Shown: positions 19,301-28,900 of the stretch, one piece after another
How positions within the stretch are numbered: the first letter of the stretch is position 1
How the letters are laid out: every line of letters begins with the position of its first letter
From: Bryobacterales bacterium
GTDB lineage: Bacteria > Acidobacteriota > Terriglobia > Bryobacterales > Bryobacteraceae
DNA length: 64,000 bases
Direction of reading: 5' to 3'
Assembly: GCA_038322705.1 (NCBI GenBank)
Contig: JBBQGC010000016.1
Span: 3,955 to 67,954, forward strand
Notes under the pieces: model-generated
Database searches by the model: none
Told to the model about the DNA's origin: nothing
What the model saw: only the letters and a program-made list of their open reading frames with translations
Translations under genes and position numbers: made by a program

Positions 19301-19691
19301 ACCCGGTCCGATTCCAGTCACCAAGGGCAATGGGCGAAGCGCAACGTGGTTTACGCCCACCAAGTGCAACTTCGATCCGTCCAAGGGCTCTCTGGTCACC
19401 ACGCAGTGCTTCGCGCAGCCTGGGGCTGAGAACGGCGGATTGCCGGAATTCGGTAACCTCGGCTGGAACGTGCTTAGCGGCCCTGGCTTCTGGAATCTGG
19501 ATGCCTCGGTATTTCGCAGCTTCCAGTTCGCCGAGCGCTTCAAGCTGCAATTCCGGGCGGAAGGGTTCAGCGTCCTCAACACTCCTCAGTGGAATAACCC
19601 GAACACGGACATCAATAGTTCGAACTTCGGGTACATCACCGGAGCGGGCGGCGCGCGATCCATTCAGCTCGGCGCCAAGTTGACCTTCTGA
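16341..19691 (+). CDS. TonB-dependent outer-membrane receptor with CarboxypepD_reg-like N-terminal domain (acidobacterial type)
   Basis: Signal peptide, then GTLVGTITDSTAASVPNSKVTVTETNTGVSRSATTNESGNYSFPDLPPGTYMV. Plug and barrel follow, with terminal ...QLGAKLTF. Confidence 0.9.
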   Translation: MNLKRSICATLAFFIIFGTFAAAQAVNGTLVGTITDSTAASVPNSKVTVTETNTGVSRSATTNESGNYSFPDLPPGTYMVAVEQTGFKKTTRSGVDVLVNTSIRVDLTLTPGAVSESVDVTAEVPMLQTDRSDTGRKIETKTIEDLPMGGSHNFQSLSILVPGAARPEGQHSAFFNPQVSLATRFNGQSRLANNLQLEGVDDNQRTGLLQVLIPPQEAIQTVDISTSNFDAELGRATGGAINVIIKSGTNQFHGSAYESNRVSALAARNWYDPARSHYTYNYFGATIGGPIIKNRTFFFGDYLRIEDHSANNDRLTVPTADQRTGNLSAFSQPIYDPATGDPATGAGRTPFPGNIIPLNRINPISAKILSVIPQPNLGAPGALTQNYFINSPFFRNTDQYDIKGDHNQSEKDRFSVRYSYSRPVTTDASVYGIYGGPRGVGGSGFEGTGIQGTHSGAINYNRLFSPTLLTEARFGVNRYRNDAQQFGYGQNTADALGVPGINGIPWTSGPPQIALDNYGDPFIGFSASLPWIRAETNVLFTNTWTKMKGNHTIKFGFDMRRIRDDLLQTQTYNPRGRIHFGTSQTSIPGANTTQGNSFASFLLDVPSDIGRDYPVLFPAYRAWEYFAYVGDKWVVTPKLTVDIGLRWEYYPPATPAHDGGFSQYDPTTNSLSIAGIGNNPIDLGLQHHYKDFAPRLGIAYRWNEKTVFRTGFGISYAPFPDNTYAYNYPIKQNNFFGANCSYCSAVLPNGQPATFQNGFPPFTAVQIPTNGIIPNADVNQTYFFINPKFREPYVESWNFAIQRALPWNIAMEVAYVGNHGVAQPAVYNLNASTTLGADIQGQPLYQKFGKKASVEDRFIGLSSMYNGLQVKFDKRYSNGFAMTTAYTWSKAMGYQSEDSGLDTYINPRRNWRRLNFDRTHYFVQSYVYELPFGKGKKYLDSGPAGMILGGWQVNGILSIASGTPMTFGGTSAILKAPGNNNTLNWFGPGPIPVTKGNGRSATWFTPTKCNFDPSKGSLVTTQCFAQPGAENGGLPEFGNLGWNVLSGPGFWNLDASVFRSFQFAERFKLQFRAEGFSVLNTPQWNNPNTDINSSNFGYITGAGGARSIQLGAKLTF

Positions 19692-19695
19692 TTGG

Positions 19696-19739
19696 AACGC
19701 CCCCACGGCCATCGGCGGCAGTGGGGGCGTTTTGTTTTT
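19696..19739 (+). terminator. Rho-independent terminator after the TonB-dependent receptor
   Basis: AACGCCCCCAC - 14-nt loop - GTGGGGGCGTT followed by TTGTTTTT. Confidence 0.8.
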
Positions 19740-20502
19740 ACACCAGTAGGAACCCGCCGTTTACCTCGATCATCTGCCCTTGAATGAATGCAGCCTCCTT
19801 CGAGCATAGGAATACGATCACATCCGCCACTTCTTCGGACGTACCCAGGCGGCCGAGTGGCGTCGCTTTGCGCACGCCGTCGAGCATCTGATCGGTGGAG
19901 AACGTTCGGTGGTAATTGGTGTCGATGGTGCCAGGAGAGACGCCGTTGACGCGCACGCCGGCCGGGGCAAACTCCTTGGCCAAACCCTTATTCATCGCGC
20001 TCAGCGCAGCCTTCGCGCTCGAGTAAGCGATGGCGCCCAACCCGCCGCCATTGCGCGCAGCGACGGATGAAATGTTGACGATGTAGCCGCGGCCGCGCTC
20101 GACCATATGCGGCAGCACCGCCTTCGAGATGAGCATCGCGCTGTCGAGATTGAGCAGGAACACTTCGCGCCACAACTCCGCGGTGAACTCGAGGAATCGG
20201 GTGCGCTTCACCAGCGATCCTGCGTTATTCACCAGGATGTCGATCTTGCGTGCGCCGAGCCATTCGAGGAACGCGTTGACGCCGTCGCTGTGGCTCAAGT
20301 CGGCTTGACGGATTTCGCCATCCGAGCCGGCCTCGCGCACGCGGCGCAGTACAACTTCGGCGCCTTCCTTGCCACGGTGATATTGAATCAGCACGCGTGC
20401 GCCACGCTCAGCAAATTTCACCGCGGCTTCAGCGCCGATCCCATTGCTGGAACCGGTGACCAGCGCGGTCAGTCCATCGAATTCTTTTGGGTCGTTGTTC
20501 AT
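19738..20502 (-). CDS. SDR-family oxidoreductase
   Basis: TGSSNGIG cofactor motif and YSSAKAAL catalytic YxxxK. Confidence 0.9.
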   Translation of the reverse strand: MNNDPKEFDGLTALVTGSSNGIGAEAAVKFAERGARVLIQYHRGKEGAEVVLRRVREAGSDGEIRQADLSHSDGVNAFLEWLGARKIDILVNNAGSLVKRTRFLEFTAELWREVFLLNLDSAMLISKAVLPHMVERGRGYIVNISSVAARNGGGLGAIAYSSAKAALSAMNKGLAKEFAPAGVRVNGVSPGTIDTNYHRTFSTDQMLDGVRKATPLGRLGTSEEVADVIVFLCSKEAAFIQGQMIEVNGGFLLV

Positions 20503-20539
20503 GGTTTTAGAGTGCGTCGCGATTTCGCGCGGGACGTAA

Positions 20540-21985
20540 TTAGGCCACCGGTTGGCCGGCCGCGAGGGATAAGACGTTCGGCCCGCCCACGATCACATCG
20601 GTAGTGATGCGGCCGTTCTGGTCGAGCAGCACCGCGGACGGAGTGCCTTGAGCTCCGAATGCGCGTCCGATCGAAAAATTTTCATCCAACAGCACTGTGG
20701 ACCGGAAGCCTTGCGCGCGATTGGATTCCACAGTACCGGTTGAGATCACGACGAGCTCAGGCGCTTCCCTGCTCCGCCGCGACTCCCACTTCTTCAAATC
20801 GTCCAGCATCTGGCTGCAAAAGCCGCATCCGGGATTCCAAAAGAGCAGTAACACGGGCCTGCTGCGGAATGAGGCGAGCGGCACCATCGTTCCAGACAAA
20901 TCAGGCAGCGTGAAAGCAGGCGCGGGGTCGTTGCGCTTGGCGACGATGTTCACCAGGCCCGCGTTAATTGTGCGGGCGACCAGGCCGCGAATGGCATCGG
21001 CGCCCCCGGCGAGACTGGAAGCGATCTTGCCATCCCCCCCGATCAACACGGCAGTCGGCGTACCGGCGGCCTGATAGCTCTCCGAGATCTCACGCTCGCG
21101 CTGAAGCAGTACCAGATCGAGACCGTTCTGCCGGGCTTTCTTTCGATTGGCTTCGACGTCGCCGCGGCTGATCAGCACCGCGTAGAACTGGGCCTGGGCC
21201 TCACACTGCCACCGCGCGATATCGGGCAACAGGGCGTCGCAGGGCCCGCAGCCGGGGTCCGAGAAGAACAACATCACCGGGATGTCGTCCCGGCGCAGAT
21301 CGTTCAGCGTCATACTCTCGCCATCCAGCGATTCGGCGGTGAAGGGGGGCGCGGGTGTGCCCACTGGTAACCCCAAGGCGGCCGGGGCAGCAGCAGGTTG
21401 GGGCGCACCACCCGACGCAACTTGCTTTTCGATCGCTTCCAGCCGCAGCAGCACGCGCCCACCCTGTTTAATGAGCTGCAAGGTGGCCCACGTTTGGAGG
21501 GCAAATAGCGCCAGCATGCCTACTCCGAACATCAGGAGGACGGTTTCGCCGCGCGTGAAGGCGTCCATCCAACCGATTATACTTGGGCCGGGGCCACGGT
21601 ACGCCACCAGCAGAGCGATCGCGGCGAAGGCGATGTTGCGGGCCAGCGTGCTCCAGCCTGCCGGAGCGGAGTGGATCTGGCCGAAGCAGTGGCAATCCGG
21701 CGACTTACCACGCGCCAGGTTAAACGCAATGGCCACGCTAAAGATGCAAAGCAGTGCCAATACGCCCAGGGCAGCCCAATGCGCGGAAGAGGCGGCAAGC
21801 ATGGCGGCCGCGAGCACGATTTCGGCTATAGGAAGCAGTAAGCCGAAGGGGTTGGCCAGCGCCACGGGAAGCCCGAATCCGGCGAGTGCGCGGCGCGATC
21901 CCGGCAGGTCGGCCAGCTTGGCGAACCCGGCCACAAAGAAGATACAACTGAGGGCCAGGCGTGCCAGCAAAAGCACTGAATCCAT
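20540..21985 (-). CDS. Membrane thiol-disulfide oxidoreductase: MauE/DoxX-type membrane domain fused to two TlpA/MauD-like thioredoxin-fold domains
   Basis: N-terminus is MDSVLLLARLALSCIFFVAGFAKLADLPGSRRALAGFGLP plus further TM helices. Two redoxin modules follow, with FSDPGCGPCDALLP and FWNPGCGFCSQML. Confidence 0.75.
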   Translation of the reverse strand: MDSVLLLARLALSCIFFVAGFAKLADLPGSRRALAGFGLPVALANPFGLLLPIAEIVLAAAMLAASSAHWAALGVLALLCIFSVAIAFNLARGKSPDCHCFGQIHSAPAGWSTLARNIAFAAIALLVAYRGPGPSIIGWMDAFTRGETVLLMFGVGMLALFALQTWATLQLIKQGGRVLLRLEAIEKQVASGGAPQPAAAPAALGLPVGTPAPPFTAESLDGESMTLNDLRRDDIPVMLFFSDPGCGPCDALLPDIARWQCEAQAQFYAVLISRGDVEANRKKARQNGLDLVLLQREREISESYQAAGTPTAVLIGGDGKIASSLAGGADAIRGLVARTINAGLVNIVAKRNDPAPAFTLPDLSGTMVPLASFRSRPVLLLFWNPGCGFCSQMLDDLKKWESRRSREAPELVVISTGTVESNRAQGFRSTVLLDENFSIGRAFGAQGTPSAVLLDQNGRITTDVIVGGPNVLSLAAGQPVA

Positions 21986-22108
21986 ATGGGTCAGGATACA
22001 CGATTGACGCCCCGCACTTCACTCCGGAAATTTCGATCAGGAACGGGTTACTCCGGCTCGATTCGGGATGGAAACTTGCCCGTAAGTGTGTTAGTATCGG
22101 CCAAGCAT

Positions 22109-22654
22109 ATGCACGCTCCAGAGAAGAATCTCCAAGTGACTTCAGTCTTCGACACCTTCAGCAAGGCGATCGCGGCCCCTCTCGGGCGGCGAGGTCTCCT
22201 GAAGATGCTGGCTGCCTCTGTTGCAGCGGCATTTCTGCCCAAGAAGGCGGCTGCGGCCGTCTTTCCATGCGGGTCGCCGGTTAGCGTCGCGCTCACCGCA
22301 TCGAACCCGTTGTGCGATGCGACCCTAACGGCTACGTTGTGCGCGGGCCTTCTGGTCACCGTGCAGCAGAACCTGATTGCGCTGTGTCCCGGGACATGTC
22401 CCATCGGCGCGGTAGCGACGGCATGCGTCTGCAATAACGGAACCGTGACGGCGAACGCCAATGCGATTTGCGTCTGTACTGCCGGCACCACACCGTGCGG
22501 CAACGGTTGCTGTGCCGCGGGTTCGCTGTGCTGCGGCGGACAGTGTGTTCCATCCACTTGCGCCAATTGCGGCACGTGCGGAAACGTCTGCCCCGCGGGT
22601 TCGTGCTGCGTCAACGGACAATGCGCAACCTCAGGCGTTCAGGCTTGCTGCTAA
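22109..22654 (+). CDS. Twin-arginine-signal, cysteine-rich secreted protein (181 aa, 24 Cys)
   Basis: ATG 22109. Leader is ...PLGRRGLLKMLAASVAAAFLPKKAAAA. The mature part ends GCCAAGSLCCGGQCVPSTCANCGTCGNVCPAGSCCVNGQCATSGVQACC. The track N-terminal extension from 21986 would abut the divergent gene. Confidence 0.6.
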   Translation: MHAPEKNLQVTSVFDTFSKAIAAPLGRRGLLKMLAASVAAAFLPKKAAAAVFPCGSPVSVALTASNPLCDATLTATLCAGLLVTVQQNLIALCPGTCPIGAVATACVCNNGTVTANANAICVCTAGTTPCGNGCCAAGSLCCGGQCVPSTCANCGTCGNVCPAGSCCVNGQCATSGVQACC

Positions 22655-22687
22655 CGGCTCGGTAGTTCGCCCGGCAAGAAGCGGGCC

Positions 22688-23890
22688 TTGGGAAACTTGC
22701 GATGGTATCTGGGTGCTCCAGGAGTTCTGCTCCTGGCGTACGCTATTTCGTGGCTCACCCTCATCCGGACAGCTACCGTTGACACGGCCGCCGAGTCACG
22801 GCTGTGCCATGCCGGTATCTGCTCGACGGACACGGTTATCGACAGCGCGCGGCGGACACTGAGTCAACAGCCCGCTGCCGCGGCGAATCTGTTTGGGCGT
22901 GCCGCGATGCGCGAGGTCACGTCTCCCCATCGCTGGTGCGATCTCGGCGATTCCCTGCTGATCGCAAAACAGGTCGATGCCGCGCGGCGCTGCTACCGTC
23001 AGGCTGAGTCGCTCGGCCCTCTCATTCCCCCCGTCCTGCTTCGGGTGGCAGGCTTCTATCTTTACGAGAATGACCGCCAGCGCGCGCTCGCTTGCGTGTC
23101 GAAGATCCTGCATGAAGCCCCGATGTATTGGGAATCGATATTCGCGCAATACGGTCTATTCGGACAGGACTTCCTGCGCTACGGCATGCCGGAAGAGACC
23201 GGTCCCGCTGCGGCGTATCTCCGCTATGCAATACGTGCGCAAGACAGGGCGCGCGCGGCCGGTATCTGGACGTGGGTGAACGCTCACAAGCTGGACGACG
23301 ATACCCTGGCGAACGAATACGCCGTGTTCCTTTTGGATCACAGGCAGTATCGCGAGGCAGCGGACGCCTGGGCCCAACACGCCGGCAAGGGCAGCGAATA
23401 TCGCGCGTCCAACTGGATCTACAACGGAGGTTTCGAGTCTGAGCCGGGCGGGCGCCTCTTCGATTGGCGTGTGACGCCGGTGAAGAACGTCGAGGTTCAG
23501 ACCGATTACCGGCATCCGTTCGCGGGCAAGCGCGCGCTGCGAATCACGTTCGAACAGGCCAACAATGCGCTATACAGCGGGGTGGCACAGACGGCGGTTG
23601 CGGGTCCGGGCACGTGGCGGTTCGAAGCGCACATTCGTACTGAGGGCGTGCCGGACGATCAGGGTTTCGCGTTCCACCTCTTTGATAAGCTCGGGCCGCG
23701 GCGCCTGGATGTCCACACCAACTTCGTCAAGGGGCTGACGCCGTGGACGACGCTCGAGAAGACGTTCCGGCTCTCCGAACCCGTCACGCTGCTGGAGGCA
23801 ATGCTGGAGCGCGCGCCGTCTTTCTCGCCCGACGATCGGATGCGCGGGTCCGCTTGGATTGACGGCGTGATCCTGCGGCGGGTCGAGTGA
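22688..23890 (+). CDS. Membrane-anchored TPR-like protein with C-terminal beta-sandwich (carbohydrate-binding-module-like) domain
   Basis: TTG start and one N-terminal TM (GAPGVLLLAYAISWLTLI). The middle is helical-repeat. The C-terminus (NGGFESEP...FDWRV...GKRALRITF...AWIDGVIL) resembles CBM4/9-type modules. Confidence 0.6.
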   Translation: MGNLRWYLGAPGVLLLAYAISWLTLIRTATVDTAAESRLCHAGICSTDTVIDSARRTLSQQPAAAANLFGRAAMREVTSPHRWCDLGDSLLIAKQVDAARRCYRQAESLGPLIPPVLLRVAGFYLYENDRQRALACVSKILHEAPMYWESIFAQYGLFGQDFLRYGMPEETGPAAAYLRYAIRAQDRARAAGIWTWVNAHKLDDDTLANEYAVFLLDHRQYREAADAWAQHAGKGSEYRASNWIYNGGFESEPGGRLFDWRVTPVKNVEVQTDYRHPFAGKRALRITFEQANNALYSGVAQTAVAGPGTWRFEAHIRTEGVPDDQGFAFHLFDKLGPRRLDVHTNFVKGLTPWTTLEKTFRLSEPVTLLEAMLERAPSFSPDDRMRGSAWIDGVILRRVE

Positions 23891-25251
23891 CTGGCCAGCG
23901 GCTGTCGCTCGCCGCACTCGCGTTGCTGAGCGCTGCTCTGGCATACGGCGCGGCACGTTATGGAGCCACGGCTGCGCCGGACTGGCGTGTGTCGATGGCG
24001 TTGATCGGCGCGGCGGCGCTGCTGATCCCGCTGCTCGAGCGCGCCCCTGGCGGGCCACCCGCATTGGGCGCCTGGCTGAAGTGGCCGATGATCCTGTTTG
24101 TGGCGTACGCGCTATTCCAAATCACGCCACTGCCGGTGTTCTCGTTGAATCTGTTTTCGCCGCGCAAGGCGGAACTGTTGGCGGCGCTTGCGGATGTAGG
24201 ACAGCGGCATGGTTTCGCGCCGATGAGCGTCGTGCCGCCGCTGACGTTCGACTATTTTTTGCGAACGGTGACGTATGCCTGCGTGTTCCTGGTGGCGCGC
24301 GAAGCAGTATGGTGGAACAGCGCGCGCCCGTGGGTGGCTGCGGCGCCTATGATGGCCATCGGATTTGTCGAGGCGGGATACGGGCTGATCCGCTATGCAG
24401 CGGGCCTGGGCAAGGTGGCGCACGGCAGCTATGTGAACCGCAATCACTTTGCCGGCTTGCTCGAGATGGTGTTGCCGTTCTTCATCCTGTACGCGGCGTG
24501 GCTGGTACGCAAAGCTCGCCGCAGCGGGCGCTGGCCGGTGAAGCTGGCGCTCGCGCTATATGCGTTGGGCGCGGGTGCATGTGTGGTTTTCGCAGCGATC
24601 CTGTACTCGCTGTCGCGCATGGGATTCGCCGCCTCGCTCGCCGCTATGATCGCGGTGGCGTACCTGCAATTCCGGCGGCAAATGCCGCTGATTCTGCGGA
24701 TCGCGTTGCTCGCCGGATGCGCTGTCGCGTTTGTCGCGGGGCTGATTCTGCTTGCGCCGGCAGAGATGGCGGACCGCATGGCAAACGTCGCCGAGAATGG
24801 AGATGCGGCTCCCGCGTTGCGCCTTGCCACGTGGCTGGATACCCTGCATCTGATTCGCGACTATCCGCTGTTTGGCTGCGGCCTCGGCGGCTTTGCGAAC
24901 ACCTTTCTGCGATACCAGACGGTTTCGCCTGCGTGGAGCTATCCGCACGCGCACAACGATTACCTGCAGATGGTGGCGGAGATGGGGATACTCGGCTCGA
25001 TGCTGCCCGCCGCGTTGATGGCCGGGATCGTGATGAAGACGATCGGCGCGACATCGAAGCGATACGAGGCGCACGTGCGTTTTCTCGCGTTAGCCTGTGC
25101 AGGATCGCTGACCGCCATCCTGATTCACAGCTTCACCGATTTCAATACGCACATTCCGGCGAACGCGGTTGCGATGTCCTGGGTTGCCGGCATCGGGGTG
25201 GCACTCAGCGATTTTCCGCGGCGTGGAGCGCGCCCGAACCGTTTCGGATGA
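23887..25251 (+). CDS. O-antigen ligase / Wzy_C-family polytopic membrane protein
   Basis: About 12 TM segments. Wzy_C signature region is GCGLGGFANTF...YPHAHNDYLQMVAEMGILG. GTG start overlaps the upstream stop (GTGA). Confidence 0.8.
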   Translation: MTGQRLSLAALALLSAALAYGAARYGATAAPDWRVSMALIGAAALLIPLLERAPGGPPALGAWLKWPMILFVAYALFQITPLPVFSLNLFSPRKAELLAALADVGQRHGFAPMSVVPPLTFDYFLRTVTYACVFLVAREAVWWNSARPWVAAAPMMAIGFVEAGYGLIRYAAGLGKVAHGSYVNRNHFAGLLEMVLPFFILYAAWLVRKARRSGRWPVKLALALYALGAGACVVFAAILYSLSRMGFAASLAAMIAVAYLQFRRQMPLILRIALLAGCAVAFVAGLILLAPAEMADRMANVAENGDAAPALRLATWLDTLHLIRDYPLFGCGLGGFANTFLRYQTVSPAWSYPHAHNDYLQMVAEMGILGSMLPAALMAGIVMKTIGATSKRYEAHVRFLALACAGSLTAILIHSFTDFNTHIPANAVAMSWVAGIGVALSDFPRRGARPNRFG

Positions 25252-25275
25252 GTGAGGACGGGCAGACGCACCGCT

Positions 25276-25602
25276 TCACGCGGCGCTGCGCGGCTGAACC
25301 TCGCTCGCGATCTTAGTTTCCCACCGGTCGCGAGCGGTCTCGAGTTCGTAACGGCTCTGCATGTTCAACCAGTACTCGGGCGTGGTGTTGAAGTATCGAG
25401 CCAGGCGAAGAGCGGTCTCACCGGTGATAGAACGCTGGCCCGCTACGATGGCGTTAATCCTATTAGCGGGTACTCGAATGCTGGTGGCCAGTTGGTTCAT
25501 CGTGAGGCCCAGGTCCGCAATTGCCTCCTTCAATATCTCGCCTGGGTGGACCGGAGCGAGCCTCGCGGGGGTGTTACCGGTAATGCTTCGTGATTTCGAC
25601 AT
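25276..25602 (-). CDS. higA: HigA-family antitoxin (XRE-type HTH)
   Basis: VHPGEILKEAIADLGLTMNQLATSIRVPANRINAIVAGQRSITGETALRLARYFNTTPEYWLNMQ. Start at ATG 25602. Confidence 0.85.
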   Translation of the reverse strand: MSKSRSITGNTPARLAPVHPGEILKEAIADLGLTMNQLATSIRVPANRINAIVAGQRSITGETALRLARYFNTTPEYWLNMQSRYELETARDRWETKIASEVQPRSAA

Positions 25603-25855
25603 CGTAGGCGTGACCATCCTTCCAAATGAAACAGACCCGGAACTGGTCGTTGACTCGAATGCTGTGCTGGCCCTGGCGGTCGCCCGTAAGCGCTTCCAAC
25701 TGGTGGCCCCGAGGAGTGCGAAGGTCACTCAGTTTTTGGGCCGAATCTAAAGCAGTCAAGCGCCGTAATGCGACGACCTCGATGTTGGCCAAAGCCGCGA
25801 CGCGCTCGCGACGGAACACTCGTTCCGTATCACGCGATCGGAAGCTCCGGATCAC
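25574..25855 (-). CDS. higB: HigB-type (plasmid maintenance killer) toxin, RelE/ParE superfamily, intact
   Basis: 93 aa: MIRSFRSRDTERVFRRE...LEALTGDRQGQHSIRVNDQFRVCFIW. It overlaps higA by 29 nt, in toxin-first order. Confidence 0.85.
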   Translation of the reverse strand: MIRSFRSRDTERVFRRERVAALANIEVVALRRLTALDSAQKLSDLRTPRGHQLEALTGDRQGQHSIRVNDQFRVCFIWKDGHAYDVEITKHYR

Positions 25856-25863
25856 TAACCAAG

Positions 25864-25883
25864 CATACTACATACTACGTATG
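25864..25883. promoter_or_regulatory. Putative higBA operator: direct repeat CATACTA x2 overlapping the palindrome CATAC-TAC-GTATG
   Basis: Located 9-28 nt upstream of the higB start codon. The sequence is CATACTACATACTACGTATG. Confidence 0.35.
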
Positions 25884-25938
25884 GCGTACAGGCACAAGGA
25901 CTCACGCCCTGATCGGTGGTGATGAGCGCCCACCCGCG

Positions 25939-28900
25939 TTAAAAATCGAGCCGCAATGCTAGCTGGATATCCCGGTTCCCCGCCTTCGATTGGACGCGTC
26001 CAAAAGAGGAGCTCGTCGTTGTTACATTCGGGTTGCTCCAATTCGGGTGATTCAAGACGTTGAATGCCTCACCGCGCAGTTGGAAGCGCAGCCGCTCCGT
26101 GACTTGGAAGTTTTTGCGCACGGCGAAATTCGATATCTCGGCCCCTGGGCCGCGAATAACTCCTCTTCCCCCGTTTCCAAACGTGCCTGCAGCGGGTAGA
26201 ACAAATGCGGCTTTATTGAACCAAAAGTTCTGATCCCCGTTCGATATCGAGAACGCTCTATTCGAGATCGACGGGCTTCCAACCACGCTCCACGGTTGCG
26301 CTCCGTTGCCTGTCCCGATGCCAGCTTGATCGACGGTGCCTAAGACGGAAAGTGCAACACCGCTCTGGAATTGACTGATTCCCGAAATCTCCCATCCGCC
26401 CAAAGTCTTTCCCAGCAGGCTGTGATTGTTCTTGAGAAATGGAAGGTCGTAGATGTAATTCAACACCATGACATGAGTCCGGTCGAAGGTGGACGGACCA
26501 CGCGAGAGACTGGCGTCGTAGGGATCGAACAGCAGTTCGCTCTTTGTATCCGCGTTGGTGATGCTCTTCGAATAAGTGTAGGCGACGCCGAACGCGAGGC
26601 CCGAGCGGAAGCGGCGATTTAACTGCGTCTGAAGCCCGTGATAGTTCGCCTGAGCCGCTGCTTCGGCCAGGGTGATCGGACCATAGCCCTGATACGGGCG
26701 TAGCGCGTCGGCGTTGACGCCTGGGTTGGCTTGAACCGTCCCTGGCTGCAGCGCGTTGATGTTGCGCGCTCGCAGAAGATGATAGGCGGAGCGTCCCACG
26801 TAGGCGACATCGAGCGTCATGGCCCATGGCAATTGACGCTGCACCGTGAAGTTCCAATTCCACGCGATCGGAGCCTTGTTTACCGGGTCCTGCATGCTCA
26901 CCACCAACGGGTAGTTGTATCTGATACCACCCGATCCTGCCGGCGCGTCGGCGAGACCATTGGTGACCGCTTGAATGACTTGGAGAGGAGCGTTGCCGCC
27001 GAGTAGAGTGCTGTCATTGATCATCATGCGGTTGTGAAAAGCGCCAACACCGGCTCGAATCACTGTTTTGTCGTTGATGCTGTATGCCAACCCGACGCGC
27101 GGATCGAGGAGATTGTTGGTGCGGGCGAGTCCATCCGGGAGGTCGTGGAAGAGGTATTGCAGCGACTGGTCACCTGCGAGCGGAACGCGCCCGATTTCGG
27201 CCGGATTCCACGTTTTGCCGGGCAAGGTCATGCCGTTATACAGAGGTCCGCTGACGATAAAGCCGCCTTTGCGATCGACCACGGCAGCGTTCTTGGAATC
27301 GTAATATTGCGGGTTGAATGACGCAATGTTACCCCACAAACTGGACCACGGGGGCCAGTGCTCAAAGCGGAGACCGTAATCGAATTTCAAGCGCGCGTTG
27401 ATTTTCCAACCGTCTTGAAAGAATAACTCAGTGGCCGTTGCGCGATACGGTGTGTAGTCCTTTTTTCCAACTTCGCCGTATGTGTTGAACAGACCCAAGG
27501 CTGCGTTCGCGATCGCTACGCCGGTGGTCATCGCCGTTCCGGTATCGCTGAACGAGAATTGACCGTTGGGATTATTCGTGCCGCCCGGGAAAGCCGTTGA
27601 TGGAACTTCGTCGCGATCGTTTTCGCCGGACCGCTCGATGTAGATACCGGCTTTAAACGTATGGTTGCGCCAGATCTTAGTGACTGTGTCGGTCCACACG
27701 AAGATGGGGCCGCCCGAATAGGACGGGTAAGGTCCGCCGTCCACGGTGGTAAAGTTCGCGATCGTGATTGTCGGGATTTTGTTCGGCAGATCCTTCGTGC
27801 CCGGGAACAAGTACGGGTAGTTAATACCGTACTGGCTCCGGTCGTAGCGTCCATTCGGCGCAACATCGTTCCAATCGCGATCTTCGCTAGCGGTAAACGC
27901 TGCTTCGTTGATCAGGGTCGGACTGACGACGGTAGTCAGGCTTGCGACCAGGTGTAGTTAGGTCGATTTGTCTGCAATTGGACAAGATTGAAGGCGCCTC
28001 GAAACTGCTGTGTCTCGTGAAACTCGTATACCGTTGCACGGACCGAGAAGGTGTTCTTGTTATTGGGCCGGTAATCAATTTTGAACGTATCCTGACTCGT
28101 GTCACGCGGATCGGGACCCGTCGAGGTCCAGTTAGTAGCGCCGACAATGCTCAGGCCGGGCGTCGGGACGGGATAAGTGTTCAACAGCGCAACGCCATTC
28201 GGACTCAGGCGGCCCTTGGGAATGATGTTGCCGGGGAAAGGAGCGCCTGTTGCCGGATCGTTGATAACTCGGGTGCGGCCGAAGTAAATGTTAGCGGGAT
28301 TCAGTAGCTCGCTAAAATCGCCTTGACGCATGGCGAGTGAGGGAACCGTGGCGGTGCTGGTGGAATACTGATGCCACTTGATGAACTGAAGCGAGTGGAA
28401 GAAGAATAACTTGTTCCTATCGGCGTTGAATTTGCCGGGGATGAAGACGGGTCCGCCAATGGAGTAGCCGAATTCGTTGAAGCGGTAGGGCGTGGGTGAG
28501 GCCTGGCTGGCGATGCCCGATGCGTTGCGCGCCCAGGTGTTCGTGTTCAGGGCATCGTTCTTGAAGTACTCCCAAAGTCCACCGTGGAAGTCGTGTCCGC
28601 CGCTCTTGGTGATGTAGCGTATCTGGCCGCCCGACACGCGTCCGTATTCGGCGCTGCAGTCGGCGGTCAATACCTGGACCTCCTGGAGCGTATCGACATT
28701 GAGTGTTCCGAGAATCGCCCCATTGGCGCGGGTTCGCAGGGCAACGGCTCCGTCCACGGTGATTCCGTTCTCATCGGTGCGTCCGCCGTTGATGCTGAAG
28801 TTGCCATTGCCGAGGCCGTCCGGATCGAACGTGGCGATGCTCGATGAACTGTTCACGCCCGCCAGCAAGAGCGGCAGATACAGAGGATTGCGGCCGTTCA

